Assembly (NCBI GenBank): GCA_035506275.1
Contig: DATJPT010000017.1
Location: 11,831 to 75,830, forward strand
Direction: 5' to 3'
Source: Bacteroidota bacterium
GTDB lineage: Bacteria > Bacteroidota > Ignavibacteria > UBA10030 > UBA8401
DNA: 64,000 nt
How positions within the stretch are numbered: position 1 is the first letter of the stretch; each line of letters begins with the position of its first letter. This document shows, one piece after another, positions 38,890 through 49,285 of the stretch. The notes under the pieces are model-generated. The model was not told where the DNA came from. It did not search any database and saw only the letters and a program-made list of their open reading frames with translations. A program made the position numbers and the translations under genes.

Positions 38890-41800
38890 TTAAAAGGCGA
38901 ACTTGTAATACACGCGTGCGCCGTTCGTCGGCCGGCGATAATCCACCGTTTCCAGTGGATCGCTTTTCCGGTCGACCTCGAACATAAAATTCCGCAAATT
39001 GTCGTCCTGGATGATCGAACCGAGCGACCATTGGACGCTGACGTTGGCGTTGTTGATGTCGTTAAAGACCTTCCCTCCGAACGACCAGTACGCGTTCCCG
39101 ACCACACCGCTCAGGCGGAGGTCCGGCGACGTCCCCGAGTACAAAATCTCGACATTGCTCAGCGCCGTGAAGTTGTTGGCGCGGAGGAAGTCCTGCATCA
39201 TCCTTGAGAGCAGTGTATTGGTGAAGCCGGAGATGAGCGACCCGCCGATCGAGCCCCCCAAAGAGTTCGCGATCCCCTGTTTGTCGTTGGACGTCAGGTC
39301 GTCGCGGAATTTTCCGGGGCTTCCCGGCGTCGAGGTCAGCAGGAACGAGATGGCGTCGGACTCGATATCGCCGGTGCGTTCCGTCGGATTGTTGTTGTCG
39401 TCGTACGTTGTCAGCCCGATCTTTATCTTCGGGTCGTACCGTGTGCCGGTAATGGCCAGCGACACGACCACTTTTTCCGTCGCCGGTGCGGCCGCCTCTT
39501 TTTGTTGCTGCTGCGTCGCCGTTTCCGGCTTCAGATGGCTGCCGGTATACGTTGCGGTAATGTCCAACTCCGGGTTATCGGGCCTGCCGGTAAACTTCAG
39601 CGAACCCGATGCATCGAATTGTTTATAGAACTTATAGTTTGACTTATCCGACAGGTTGATCGTTCCCGTCAGCCGCACGTTGCTCTTTTCTTTGCTCAAT
39701 TCCAGCTTACCGTTCAGGTCCGCGAACAGCTCTTCGTTCGTCGACGGGTTGAAGATCATCCTGATCTGCACGATCCCCTGCGTCTGAATCACGATATTGT
39801 AGCCGAGCCCGTCCAAAAAGGACGGGTCGTTGGACGTGTGCACATCTTTTTTGGAACGCAAATACGCGAAGAGCCGTGAACCGACGAGAGAATCGGCCGT
39901 CTGCCTTGACGTATCGTCGACGCTGACAACGTTCACATACCGGGCGGACACAAGGTTTGCCGACTCGCGTGTTGAAGGGAACGTGAGCGCCGCCTGCTTG
40001 ATGTAGATCGCCCCGCTGACCCGTGAATTTTCTGACGTTCCGTCGAACGAAAGACCTTCGTCGCCGGTCGATGCGATGAGGTCGCCGTACACCCCCTGGT
40101 CGCTGCTGCGCGAAGTTTCCTGCAGAACTTTCAATTCTCCCTTGGCCCTCAGATGGTACTCATCGGGAATGAACCCGCGAAGCGAAATGAAGCCGCCGAA
40201 ATCGATCTTGCCGGATGAATAGTCGCCGCTGATATTCTTCGCCGTGAAATTCGTCAGCGAAATTTTACTCCCGTCGAAATCGACCTTCCCCGCGGCCTGG
40301 TACTTCATATTGTTCATGGGAAAGAGGAATTTTGCGTCGCGGAATTCCATCCCCCCGTTGAACGACGGTGCGTCGAGCGACCCGGTGCAGTGCACCGAGC
40401 CCTCCATCGTCCCCTCCATCTCATCGAGCTGGTCGATGAAAGGGTCGATGACGCTGATGTCAAAATTGTGCGCCTTCAGGTACACATCCAGGCCCGTCGC
40501 GGAAAAACGATCGTCGACCGATGCGAACGCAAGGTCAACAGGGATCGACCCGCTGCAGAGCAATTGGAAGTTGTCGCGCCCCTCCGGAGCCTTGGAAAGC
40601 TGGACGGTGCAATCGGCGACCTTGTTTTCGTAGCGGACAGCGCTGTTCACAAACCCGAACTCCGCTCCCCGGTATGCAAAATTCGAAACCCCCAGCTCGC
40701 AGGTGAGAATCGGGTTCTGCATCGGCCCGTTCACCCTGCCGCTGGCGTTCACTGTCCCGCCGAACGCGATCGCGTTGGACTTGAAATTCTGAGATCTTCC
40801 GAAGTGATAGATATTCGACAGCGTAAAATTCTGGAGACGGACAAACGCCGTGATGTCCCCCCCGTAACCGATCGAGCCGCCGAAAGCGAGCTGCTCGTCC
40901 TGATGAGTAAACAGCGTCGAATCGACATCGATGCCGGACCTGCTCACCCGTGCGGAAAACTGCTGCGCGTTGTCGAGCTCGTACCCCTGATAACTGAAAG
41001 AAAAAGTGTCGAACGTAAAATCGTACTGGTCCGGAGCAACCTGCGCGCGCCCTTCGACAGCGAATTTCATGGTGCTGTCGATGTCGCTTTGGACGGAATA
41101 TTCCGCATGGCGGTCGTGGAGACTGACGTCGACCGCTGCATTCCGGAAATACGAATCGCCGACAAAGAGGTTCCCCGCGTTCGCCCGCACATGGACTGCG
41201 GGGCTGTTGACAGGAGCGAGAAGATTATCCGCCGCCGCGTGTTCAACGCTGAAGTCCAACGATCCGTTTTCCACGATCAGGTAGCCGCCGGCCGTCGAGT
41301 ACTTCGCCGACGCGATCGCGACCGTTCCTTCCGCCGAAAGAGTGTCCGCGCTGCCGCGGAGCGATCCGCTGACATTGCCGGCGGCGTTAAAGATATTGGT
41401 CCCGAAAAATACCGCCACGGGCTCCAGATTCTTCAGATGGAACGAATACTGAAGAGCGCACTCGCGGGAAGGAGGATCGGCAACGGCTGGGTCCAGGTTC
41501 TCACCGCCGCTCGTTTCCGCAGCGGCAAAGGAGGTATCGAAAAGCGCCCGCTGCTTCTCATATTCCCGCTGGAAATGCCGGGCATGCGACCTCACTAAAT
41601 CGACGACGCCAGCGTACGTGAAGCTGCCGTCGACGGACGCATCGGCGATCGGCGATGCAAAGCGAATAGATTTCTTCCCCGTCGAATCGACTCCGACATG
41701 GAGTTCGGCCCGGACACTGTCAAACGCGTATGACTCGAACCGGGAGCCTGAAAAGCTGATGAGCAGATCGCCGGCCATATCTTCGCGCAGAAAATTCCTT

Positions 41801-43443
41801 CCGTCGGCCTTCAATGAGAATGAACAGTCGGAATCATAGTGATCGTCATGCAGGAGCGTCGAAAAATCAAAATGAGAGAAGGTTCCCGCAAGTGCGTACG
41901 ACGGCGCGGAGGCAGAGTTGTAATCCAATCCGGCCTGGAGGTCGGCAGTCCCTCTCGGGAATTGAATCAGGGCAGAGCAGGCAATGTTCCGGTCCGAAGC
42001 GGTGATATCCATCCGAAGGTGAGAGAATGAGATCTTGTTGAACGTTGACGAATCGACGGTCACCGACGCTTTCGAGTTCAATTCTTCGACCGAAGTTCCT
42101 TCCCCTTCCACTGTCCCCGAAAAATCGAGATGAGAAGAGAGCGATGGATCAGAGAAGAATTTCCCCAGGTTGACGCCGCTTCCGCCGAACGCCGCTTTGT
42201 ATTTCATCGTTGCGCCCGTAAGGTCCAGGCCGCCGTCCACCGAAACTCGCCCGGCGTCCATCGACGCGGCGGCGGTGACTTGGAAATCGAGCGGCTTACC
42301 GACATAATGAAAATCGACCGCGAGCTGCCCCGCACCGCCGAAGTCGGGAATATGAAAGAACGGAAGAAGCTCGGGAACATCAGAGGGGAAGATCGACGTC
42401 CCCTTCGACTCAATATTCAACGTGAGGTCGCCGGGGCGATGAAGGTTGAAGACCCCTCCCTCCAGGTTAATGACCGAGCGGCTGAATGCGGCGTGGAGTT
42501 TTTTCACTTTCAGGCTCCCGAATTCTCCTTCGGTCCTGCATTCCACCTGGACCGTACCACGGAGAAAATCGAGCGACGGAAGAAACCGCTGCAGGTCCTC
42601 GGCGGCCACGGTGCTCGGCAGCAGAGAACATTCAACCGGAACGAACTGAAGGGCGGCGATATCATTGATCTTCAGCGCATCGGCGGAACTCATCCTTGCC
42701 GAGAGTTCAACGCGCGAACGGGGCGTAACGATGAGAAGATTTTTGACCTCTGAAAGAACTGCGTTATGCCGGATGTCGGCCGAAAAATGAGCAAGCGTAA
42801 AGCCTTCGCGCGGCGCGGTGAATGAAATATTCTTGATGGATGCGCTCTGTTCCTTTTCTGCGACCGACGCCGAGAGTTCAACATTGAGCTTGTCGATATC
42901 CAGGTTGGAAAAATTGAACGTCCGCCGGGCTATCGAATCCGGAAGGCTCCCCGCCGCAAGGGATGTTGAATCGATAAGTCGAAAATGCGCGTTGTTGATG
43001 CGGAGGTTTTTAACGGTCACCAGCCAAGGAGAAGGAGCCGTGTCGGGCTCCGCTTTCTTCTTGGCGAGTTTGTCGACGTTCCAGGTCCCGTCGGAAAAAC
43101 GGACGAGAGAAATGGACGGGTTATCAATTTCTATGCTTCCGAGAGAAATGTGCTTATTCCACAGGGGGATCGGGTCGTAGCGGACCACTGCTTTGCTTGC
43201 TTCGACGAACGGAGCGTTATCGATGTAGACGGCAACCGTGTCGATAGAAATCCCCGTAAAAAGATTCCCCTTGATTTCTCCGAGATAAACCGACGCGTTG
43301 AGGTTTGCATCGAGCACCTTATAGATCGTCGAGCGCAGCGTCTGCTTGAAGAGCGGAGTCTGCGTAAAGCCGGCCGCAGCAAACAAGAGGGCCACAACGG
43401 AAATTCCGGCGTAGGTCAATATTTTCGATGTTGTACGGATCAC
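38890..43443 (-). CDS. tamB: translocation and assembly module subunit TamB (AsmA-like/DUF490)
   Basis: About 1500 aa, single N-terminal TM anchor, beta-rich repetitive body, C-terminal DUF490-like end ...GARVYYKFAF; GTG start at 43443 overlapping the upstream stop. Confidence 0.8.
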   Translation of the reverse strand: MIRTTSKILTYAGISVVALLFAAAGFTQTPLFKQTLRSTIYKVLDANLNASVYLGEIKGNLFTGISIDTVAVYIDNAPFVEASKAVVRYDPIPLWNKHISLGSIEIDNPSISLVRFSDGTWNVDKLAKKKAEPDTAPSPWLVTVKNLRINNAHFRLIDSTSLAAGSLPDSIARRTFNFSNLDIDKLNVELSASVAEKEQSASIKNISFTAPREGFTLAHFSADIRHNAVLSEVKNLLIVTPRSRVELSARMSSADALKINDIAALQFVPVECSLLPSTVAAEDLQRFLPSLDFLRGTVQVECRTEGEFGSLKVKKLHAAFSRSVINLEGGVFNLHRPGDLTLNIESKGTSIFPSDVPELLPFFHIPDFGGAGQLAVDFHYVGKPLDFQVTAAASMDAGRVSVDGGLDLTGATMKYKAAFGGSGVNLGKFFSDPSLSSHLDFSGTVEGEGTSVEELNSKASVTVDSSTFNKISFSHLRMDITASDRNIACSALIQFPRGTADLQAGLDYNSASAPSYALAGTFSHFDFSTLLHDDHYDSDCSFSLKADGRNFLREDMAGDLLISFSGSRFESYAFDSVRAELHVGVDSTGKKSIRFASPIADASVDGSFTYAGVVDLVRSHARHFQREYEKQRALFDTSFAAAETSGGENLDPAVADPPSRECALQYSFHLKNLEPVAVFFGTNIFNAAGNVSGSLRGSADTLSAEGTVAIASAKYSTAGGYLIVENGSLDFSVEHAAADNLLAPVNSPAVHVRANAGNLFVGDSYFRNAAVDVSLHDRHAEYSVQSDIDSTMKFAVEGRAQVAPDQYDFTFDTFSFSYQGYELDNAQQFSARVSRSGIDVDSTLFTHQDEQLAFGGSIGYGGDITAFVRLQNFTLSNIYHFGRSQNFKSNAIAFGGTVNASGRVNGPMQNPILTCELGVSNFAYRGAEFGFVNSAVRYENKVADCTVQLSKAPEGRDNFQLLCSGSIPVDLAFASVDDRFSATGLDVYLKAHNFDISVIDPFIDQLDEMEGTMEGSVHCTGSLDAPSFNGGMEFRDAKFLFPMNNMKYQAAGKVDFDGSKISLTNFTAKNISGDYSSGKIDFGGFISLRGFIPDEYHLRAKGELKVLQETSRSSDQGVYGDLIASTGDEGLSFDGTSENSRVSGAIYIKQAALTFPSTRESANLVSARYVNVVSVDDTSRQTADSLVGSRLFAYLRSKKDVHTSNDPSFLDGLGYNIVIQTQGIVQIRMIFNPSTNEELFADLNGKLELSKEKSNVRLTGTINLSDKSNYKFYKQFDASGSLKFTGRPDNPELDITATYTGSHLKPETATQQQQKEAAAPATEKVVVSLAITGTRYDPKIKIGLTTYDDNNNPTERTGDIESDAISFLLTSTPGSPGKFRDDLTSNDKQGIANSLGGSIGGSLISGFTNTLLSRMMQDFLRANNFTALSNVEILYSGTSPDLRLSGVVGNAYWSFGGKVFNDINNANVSVQWSLGSIIQDDNLRNFMFEVDRKSDPLETVDYRRPTNGARVYYKFAF

Positions 43444-43934
43444 GTGGTTTTTCCGCTGACCGAGTATAGTTCCTTGATTCGTTCGATCACCAGGGTCGTT
43501 GAACGATCCGGGATGAACGGAATGGTGAGGACTTTTCCCCCCGATCTTTCGACAACATCTTTTCCCACAACGTCGTCGATCTTCCAATCGGCCCCTTTGA
43601 CCAGAATGTCGGGGACCAGAGCGCTGATCGTTTCATACGGAGTTTCCTGGCCGAAGATGCATACGGCGTCCACGGCCTTCAACTGAGACACGAGATATGC
43701 GCGGTCCTCTTCGCCGACGACGGGACGGCGCGGTCCCTTGATTTTTTTGACCGACGCGTCGCTGTTGACCCCGACGATCAGCGCATCGCCGAGAGAACGC
43801 GAAGCGGCGAGATACTCGACATGGCCGCGGTGCAAAATATCGAAGACCCCGTTCGTAAAGACGACCTTCTTCCCCTCCTTTTTCCAACGAAGACGAACGT
43901 CGATCAATTCAGCGAGTGAGAAGACTGTTCCCAT
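43440..43934 (-). CDS. hldE: D-glycero-beta-D-manno-heptose 1-phosphate adenylyltransferase (RfaE/HldE domain II, stand-alone)
   Basis: Cytidylyltransferase-fold motif VVFTNGVFDILHRGHVEYL (HxGH); 164 aa. Confidence 0.8.
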   Translation of the reverse strand: MGTVFSLAELIDVRLRWKKEGKKVVFTNGVFDILHRGHVEYLAASRSLGDALIVGVNSDASVKKIKGPRRPVVGEEDRAYLVSQLKAVDAVCIFGQETPYETISALVPDILVKGADWKIDDVVGKDVVERSGGKVLTIPFIPDRSTTLVIERIKELYSVSGKTT

Positions 43935-43961
43935 GGCAATTTCGAAAAATCTATTCGAACG

Positions 43962-44957
43962 TTAAGACTGGAAGGAAAGAACTCTTGCGAGCAGCGCATC
44001 AGGAAGTATTGGGACGATGCCGACCTCGCCGCACACGACGCCGCCGGCAAAATTGGCAAGGCTTGCCGATTCGTAGATTGACGCGCCCGACGCCATCGCC
44101 ATCGTGAGCGTGGCGATCACCGTATCGCCGGCGCCGGAGACGTCGGCGACATGCTGCGCCCGCGTCGGCAAATGGAGCAGGGAGCCCTTATCATCCAGCA
44201 AACTCATCCCTTGTTCTCCGCGCGTGATCAGGATATTTTCTGCATTCAATTTTTCCTTCAACGCGCCGATGGCTTCGCGAAGGCTCTCGTCGGTGGCCAA
44301 CTTCATGCCCAGCGCTTCCTCGACCTCTTTTCTGTTCGGCTTAAACACCGAGGCATTTTTGTATTCGAAGAAGTTTTGGAACTTGGGGTCGACGGTGACA
44401 ATTTTCCTCTGACCGCGCGCCATCTCAATGATGTGATGGATCAAGGAGGCGGTGATGACCCCTTTGTTGTAGTCTTCGAGGATGATGCCGTCCAAGCTGG
44501 CAATGCTGTTCCGCAGAATCGAGAGGATCTGCTCCTGCACCGACGGGGAAATATCCCGTTTTTGTTCGTTATCGATCCTGACGACATGCTGGCCATGAGC
44601 AATGACGCGTGTTTTCACCGTCGTAGGCCGTGAAGGATCTTTTACGATCCCGCTTATTGGACAATTCTGCCCGGCGAGAAGTTTTGTCAGCAAATCGCCG
44701 TCGGCATCATCGCCGACAACGCCGACGAGGACCGGCTCCCCCCCCAGGGATTTGATATTATTGGCCACATTGGCGGCCCCGCCAAGCCGTTCGGTTTCCT
44801 TCTCCACCTCCACGATAGGAACCGGAGCCTCGGGGGAAATCCGGCCGACGGATCCCCAGAGATACTTGTCCACCATGACATCGCCGATAACGGCAATGCG
44901 CTTGTTTTTGAATTTTGAAAGAAGCTCTTTAAGCCGCGTTTCGGAAAACGTGACCAC
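43962..44957 (-). CDS. hldE: D-glycero-beta-D-manno-heptose 7-phosphate kinase (RfaE/HldE domain I, stand-alone; PfkB family)
   Basis: RIAVIGDVMVDKYLWG ... GGAANVA ... DVSGAGDT PfkB motifs; no ATG upstream of the domain, so GTG 44957 is proposed as start. Confidence 0.7.
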   Translation of the reverse strand: MVTFSETRLKELLSKFKNKRIAVIGDVMVDKYLWGSVGRISPEAPVPIVEVEKETERLGGAANVANNIKSLGGEPVLVGVVGDDADGDLLTKLLAGQNCPISGIVKDPSRPTTVKTRVIAHGQHVVRIDNEQKRDISPSVQEQILSILRNSIASLDGIILEDYNKGVITASLIHHIIEMARGQRKIVTVDPKFQNFFEYKNASVFKPNRKEVEEALGMKLATDESLREAIGALKEKLNAENILITRGEQGMSLLDDKGSLLHLPTRAQHVADVSGAGDTVIATLTMAMASGASIYESASLANFAGGVVCGEVGIVPILPDALLARVLSFQS

Positions 44958-45029
44958 GTTGACTTTTACGTAAGTAATTGAAACAGTTATAGATAGCGAA
45001 ATATAGCACTTTGGTGGGCGACAATCAAT

Positions 45030-45068
45030 AAAAAAGGCTGCCTCGGAGGTCCGAAGCAGCCTTTTTTG
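45030..45068 (-). terminator. rho-independent terminator downstream of the cytochrome gene
   Basis: aaaaaaggctgcctcggaggtccgaagcagcctttttt, a hairpin flanked by A- and T-runs. Confidence 0.5.
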
Positions 45069-45091
45069 GCCAGTGTACGCTGAATCCGATC

Positions 45092-47218
45092 TTACTTCAT
45101 CATTAACATCTTCTTCGTCACGATGTAATTTGGCGCTCCGTTGGATTGGGCAACCAGTCTGTAGAAGTAAATGCCGCTCGAGACTGTTGCACCGTGATTG
45201 TTCGTTCCGTTCCACGTCACTTTGTAATGGCCGGAGACGATGTCGCCGCTGACGAGGGTCTTGACAAGTTCGCCAAGAATATTGTAGACGTTCAACTGAA
45301 TCGTCGCAGAACGCGGAACAGAGAACTCGATGTTCGTCGACGGGTTGAACGGGTTCGGATAGTTCTGGCTGATCTCGTACGACGTCGGAGTCTTTTGGCT
45401 CACAACCTCAACGCCGGTCGGATAGAATCCGAGGGCCTTTTGCAGAAGGGCGACGGCGTACTTCGCATTGTGGACGCCCATGCTGCCGTCGTTCGTTACA
45501 AACGAATAGGTGTAAATACCCTGAACGAGATCGGGCCGGTTCTTTACCTTAAGGCTGTCCTTGATCGCCAGGGTCGGCTCGCCTGTCAGGCTGTCGATTG
45601 GCAGTCTGGCTTTGAGAAGAGCCAGGAGGCCGGCGACTTCGGTCTGCACGCCTTCGATTTTTCCGTTGCGGTCGTAGTCGTAGCTCGCTTTGACGTCGTC
45701 AAACGATTGGATTCCGGACCCATGGCAGGTCTGGCATGCTTCGGTATGGTCGTGCATAACGCCTGTACCGACCGTGTCCGACATCGATAATTGATGCTGT
45801 CCGCTGCCGTGCATATGGCATGTAACGCAGGCATCCGGAACGCCGGCATGAGTCATTAATCCGGTGAGGCTGCTGTCGCCGTACTGGTACGCATTCTGAC
45901 CGAAGAACATATCGGCTTGCGGATTACCGTGCGGGCCATAATGGTCAGCGAAACCGTAATACGGAGCTTTGGTCGTCACTTTTGTTGCAACGTTGTACCG
46001 CGACCGGTGGCAGTTCATGCAAAGCTGGCCAAGGCCGCCGATTCCAGCCGGGACGACATAACCGTTCCGCAGTGTATCGACGCTGACCGTTCTCAACTGA
46101 TTCGGGTTCGCTGCGCTGTGCGGATCATGGCAGACTGCGCAAGTGATAGGATAGCTAGCATCGCTTGAACTCCACGTGGACGCTGATGCCGGCTTTCCAG
46201 CAACAACCCATTTCTCGAATGCGCTTCCGCTGTGGCAGGGGAAGCAGCTCGTAGACGTTGCGACCTTGCCGGCAAGCGGCATTGTCGCATGATCCGATAG
46301 TGACCAATACGTGCCGGAGACATGGTGGGGGGGCGCATCGTGACATGACTGACACAAGCCTGCATCAAGAGAGAGGCCGATTTTTGAGATGTCGCCGTTG
46401 TGATCTTTGCCCGGGCCGTGGCAGCTTTCGCAGCCGATGCTCGCCAGCGGGAGCAGCGACGAATAATTCGCCGCCATGTTTTTATAGATTGAAGAATCGC
46501 CGTTGAAGATCAGATAACTGCTGCCGGATTTTGTCTTTCCCTTAAACGCCGTCGTGTCCCATCCAAGCGAATGGGCCATGTATCCGAAATTTCCGTCATT
46601 TGCCGAGAGGTCGTAGCCCGTCGTATGGCATTTCCAGCAACTGGCGGAGTACGATCCTTGACCGTATGCGTTGACTTCCAACTCTCCCATTATTCCCTGT
46701 GTGTAGATCTTAGCATGCCCCGTTCCCTGCCAATCGCTGTAATTCGCCGCGTGGCATTCACCGCAATACAAACCTGATGTATTCGGGTTCCCAAGGAACG
46801 TGCTCACAAAGAAAGTGTCCTGGTCGGTGCTTGTGCCGCCGTTCACAGACACATTCACTATGTATTGACCGGCCGAGTCTGCCGTGAAACTCTGACGCGG
46901 ATTGTTCCCGGCGCTGTCGAATGACGCGTTCGATCCTGTCGGCTTCGCGGCAAACGTCCACGTGAACGACGTTACAACCGTTGTTCCGGATCCGGTGGTA
47001 TCGGCAAATAAATATGCGCGCGCTCCTTTGCCGATCACCTTAAGGCCTGTTGTGGCAGTGTAGCTGCTCTTTCCGATCGCCGCCAGCTTTCCCGGGGACA
47101 TTGGTACAACCGTGAGCTTCACCGTCTGCGCCACCGCTCCTGAATATACGAGGCCAAGTAGGCATCCGGCAAGCAACCCTCTCAAAATATTAGCAAATCT
47201 GTTCATTGTATTCTCCAT
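45092..47218 (-). CDS. nonaheme c-type cytochrome with N-terminal Ig/FN3-like domain and a T9SS C-terminal sorting domain
   Basis: Signal peptide; nine CxxCH motifs (CGECH, CWKCH, CESCH, CQSCH, CFPCH, CAVCH, CMNCH, CVTCH, CQTCH); C-terminus NYPNPFNPSTNIEFSVP ... YFYRL ... TKKMLMMK. Confidence 0.8.
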   Translation of the reverse strand: MENTMNRFANILRGLLAGCLLGLVYSGAVAQTVKLTVVPMSPGKLAAIGKSSYTATTGLKVIGKGARAYLFADTTGSGTTVVTSFTWTFAAKPTGSNASFDSAGNNPRQSFTADSAGQYIVNVSVNGGTSTDQDTFFVSTFLGNPNTSGLYCGECHAANYSDWQGTGHAKIYTQGIMGELEVNAYGQGSYSASCWKCHTTGYDLSANDGNFGYMAHSLGWDTTAFKGKTKSGSSYLIFNGDSSIYKNMAANYSSLLPLASIGCESCHGPGKDHNGDISKIGLSLDAGLCQSCHDAPPHHVSGTYWSLSDHATMPLAGKVATSTSCFPCHSGSAFEKWVVAGKPASASTWSSSDASYPITCAVCHDPHSAANPNQLRTVSVDTLRNGYVVPAGIGGLGQLCMNCHRSRYNVATKVTTKAPYYGFADHYGPHGNPQADMFFGQNAYQYGDSSLTGLMTHAGVPDACVTCHMHGSGQHQLSMSDTVGTGVMHDHTEACQTCHGSGIQSFDDVKASYDYDRNGKIEGVQTEVAGLLALLKARLPIDSLTGEPTLAIKDSLKVKNRPDLVQGIYTYSFVTNDGSMGVHNAKYAVALLQKALGFYPTGVEVVSQKTPTSYEISQNYPNPFNPSTNIEFSVPRSATIQLNVYNILGELVKTLVSGDIVSGHYKVTWNGTNNHGATVSSGIYFYRLVAQSNGAPNYIVTKKMLMMK

Positions 47219-47484
47219 GTGTCAACGTTTTAGAAATCCACCAGGCTTCTGGTGCATCTAGTCGGATTTGCTATATCTTCCGCAACATTTGTGCCATACA
47301 AAACGCGTTGGAAGGTCGAAATTTGTTCAAAAATTAACTGTTTATTATTTCAACAATCAATATTTCCCAAAAGTAAAGCTTTTCTTTTCCAAAAAAATGG
47401 AAAAAATATGATAATTGGATAAGATTTCGCAATATGAAAGGCTGCTGACAACTGAGCTCAATGATTTTCTAATCGCAGAAACGA

Positions 47485-47521
47485 CAAAAAAAAGGCGTGA
47501 AATTGTAATTTTTCACGCCTT
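47485..47521 (-). terminator. rho-independent terminator after the FadL-like outer-membrane protein (OMP) gene
   Basis: aaaaaaaaggcgtgaaa-ttgtaa-tttttcacgcct; on the minus strand the hairpin is followed by a T-run. Confidence 0.55.
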
Positions 47522-47592
47522 CAAAATTTACAGCTACCGTTGATACCTGAACTCACGACCCCCAATAACCCTGCCCCCCCGCCCCAGAAGAA

Positions 47593-49050
47593 TCAGAACC
47601 TGTACGAAATAGTGAAGTCGACGTTCGTTGTCGAAACGGTCTCGTCTGTCCGCGAGAGGTTAAGCGATTCATCGCCGTAGTTGTTATGGAAGTTCTTGAA
47701 CGATCCGAACATCGCCGCTGCATCGATCATCACATTATCCTCGATCAAAATCCCGGCGCCGGCAGTAATGGTGGTCAGACCGAACGTCGACGGATCGCCG
47801 GCATACGGCGAGGGCTTGAAGGAATAGCCCGCCCGCAGCCGCACATCTGTTTTGGGGATCTCGAACTCGCCGCCAACAGCATAATTAAGCGTCGAACGAA
47901 ACTGCTGTTTTAACGCAATGTTTTCGTTCTCCAGATCGGCGTTGTCGGTCCACTGAAGCTGCGTCCAATCGGTATATTCAACTTGCCCGGAGAGAAGAAG
48001 ACCGCGCACCGGCGAATACGAAGCACCGGCCCCGAACACCCAGGGAGTTGTTATGCCATAGTCGTTGTTCGCGTCGTATGAATAGTAGTACCCTGTCGTA
48101 TCATCGAACGCGCTTTGTCCGGCGTTCGTATATGTTTCATGAACGGTGAACGCCGTCGGAGTTTTGATCGTGATGCCGAAACGGGCAATATCTTCGTACC
48201 GGTACATAAACCCGAACATCGCGTTGACGCCGTTCAAATCGCTCGTCAGCGTGCTGTTGTAGTTGAACGCATTGAATTCCCGGTAGAGGGAATCGGGAAG
48301 AACATATCCGTCCGCATCGTAGAAACGGGTCGGATCATTGTAGACGTTATTGACGTCCGATTCGTTGTAGTTCCTGACATAATTGTATGTTCCGTTGAGG
48401 AGGTTGATCGTCACACCGAAAGAAAAATCCTTCGCGAGATCGACGGCCCCGGAGAATGCCCACGTGCCCATGCTGCCGCTTTCGCTGACATTTCCTTGCT
48501 GCTGGACATTTTTCTGGATCGGAGTGTAGCCGTCCGAATTTTCAAGATACGTTTGAAAGGGGATGTCAAAATTTGCATCCGCATCGTACAGCCACGGGAT
48601 GATCGAGCTCTTCGCGTTGAAGCCGTTGAACGAAAGCGCGGTTGCATAATTATTCACTCTGTTGTAACCGACGGCAAAGACCAGGCTCCCGCGCGAGGTC
48701 GGAACGGGGAACACGAGCCCCAGATCGTCAAGGTTGGTGGCGCTGTTGCTGGCCGACGACGACGTTCCCAAAAACGTTGCGCTGTTCGAATAGTTGGTAT
48801 TGACAATGCCGCCGGTGAACTCTAGTCTCCTCATCTGAGCCAGGCCTGCCGGGTTCCAGAACGTTGCGCTGTAATCATCGGCTACGCCGATGTATGCGCC
48901 GCCCATGCCTTCCGCCCGTGCACCGACTCCGAATCCCGTGGATGAAAAACGGTATGCATCCTCAGCAGACTGGGCACGAAGATAAGAGATATTCAGCATG
49001 ATCAGTCCGAACAATAAAATGAACAAAGTGACACAGCGATTATTTTTCAT
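47593..49050 (-). CDS. FadL/TodX-family-like outer-membrane beta-barrel protein (possibly PorV-type)
   Basis: Signal peptide; N-terminal GFGVGARAEGMGGAYIGVADDYSATFWNPAGLA block resembling the FadL N-terminal hatch motif (G.GRA.SG.GA.ADDAS..NPA); alternating beta-strand pattern; C-terminal ...FTISYRF; GGAGG RBS at the 49050 start. Confidence 0.6.
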   Translation of the reverse strand: MKNNRCVTLFILLFGLIMLNISYLRAQSAEDAYRFSSTGFGVGARAEGMGGAYIGVADDYSATFWNPAGLAQMRRLEFTGGIVNTNYSNSATFLGTSSSASNSATNLDDLGLVFPVPTSRGSLVFAVGYNRVNNYATALSFNGFNAKSSIIPWLYDADANFDIPFQTYLENSDGYTPIQKNVQQQGNVSESGSMGTWAFSGAVDLAKDFSFGVTINLLNGTYNYVRNYNESDVNNVYNDPTRFYDADGYVLPDSLYREFNAFNYNSTLTSDLNGVNAMFGFMYRYEDIARFGITIKTPTAFTVHETYTNAGQSAFDDTTGYYYSYDANNDYGITTPWVFGAGASYSPVRGLLLSGQVEYTDWTQLQWTDNADLENENIALKQQFRSTLNYAVGGEFEIPKTDVRLRAGYSFKPSPYAGDPSTFGLTTITAGAGILIEDNVMIDAAAMFGSFKNFHNNYGDESLNLSRTDETVSTTNVDFTISYRF

Positions 49051-49285
49051 AGGTATCCTCCGCTTCCACTCCCATCCGTCTCCGCGATTCGGCCGGTTAT
49101 CCGTTCGGCAGGTTATCGATACAACTGAGGTTCGACCCGTTGCCCTGCTGCAGCCGGCAGACACACCGTTTGCTTTAACAATCGAGCAGCCGGAGGGGGG
49201 GTGCAGGTGTTGTCGTGATTATGGTGAATGTTAGACAATTAATATGCTAAAAACTTCTTGACCGTAGTGTCGGGAGAAATCTCTC

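Noticed and set aside
40390-41598. 402 aa ORF antisense to tamB (plus several 60-230 aa ORFs inside tamB)
   Set aside because: Shadow ORFs inside a 4.5 kb GC-rich gene; no signal or motif content.
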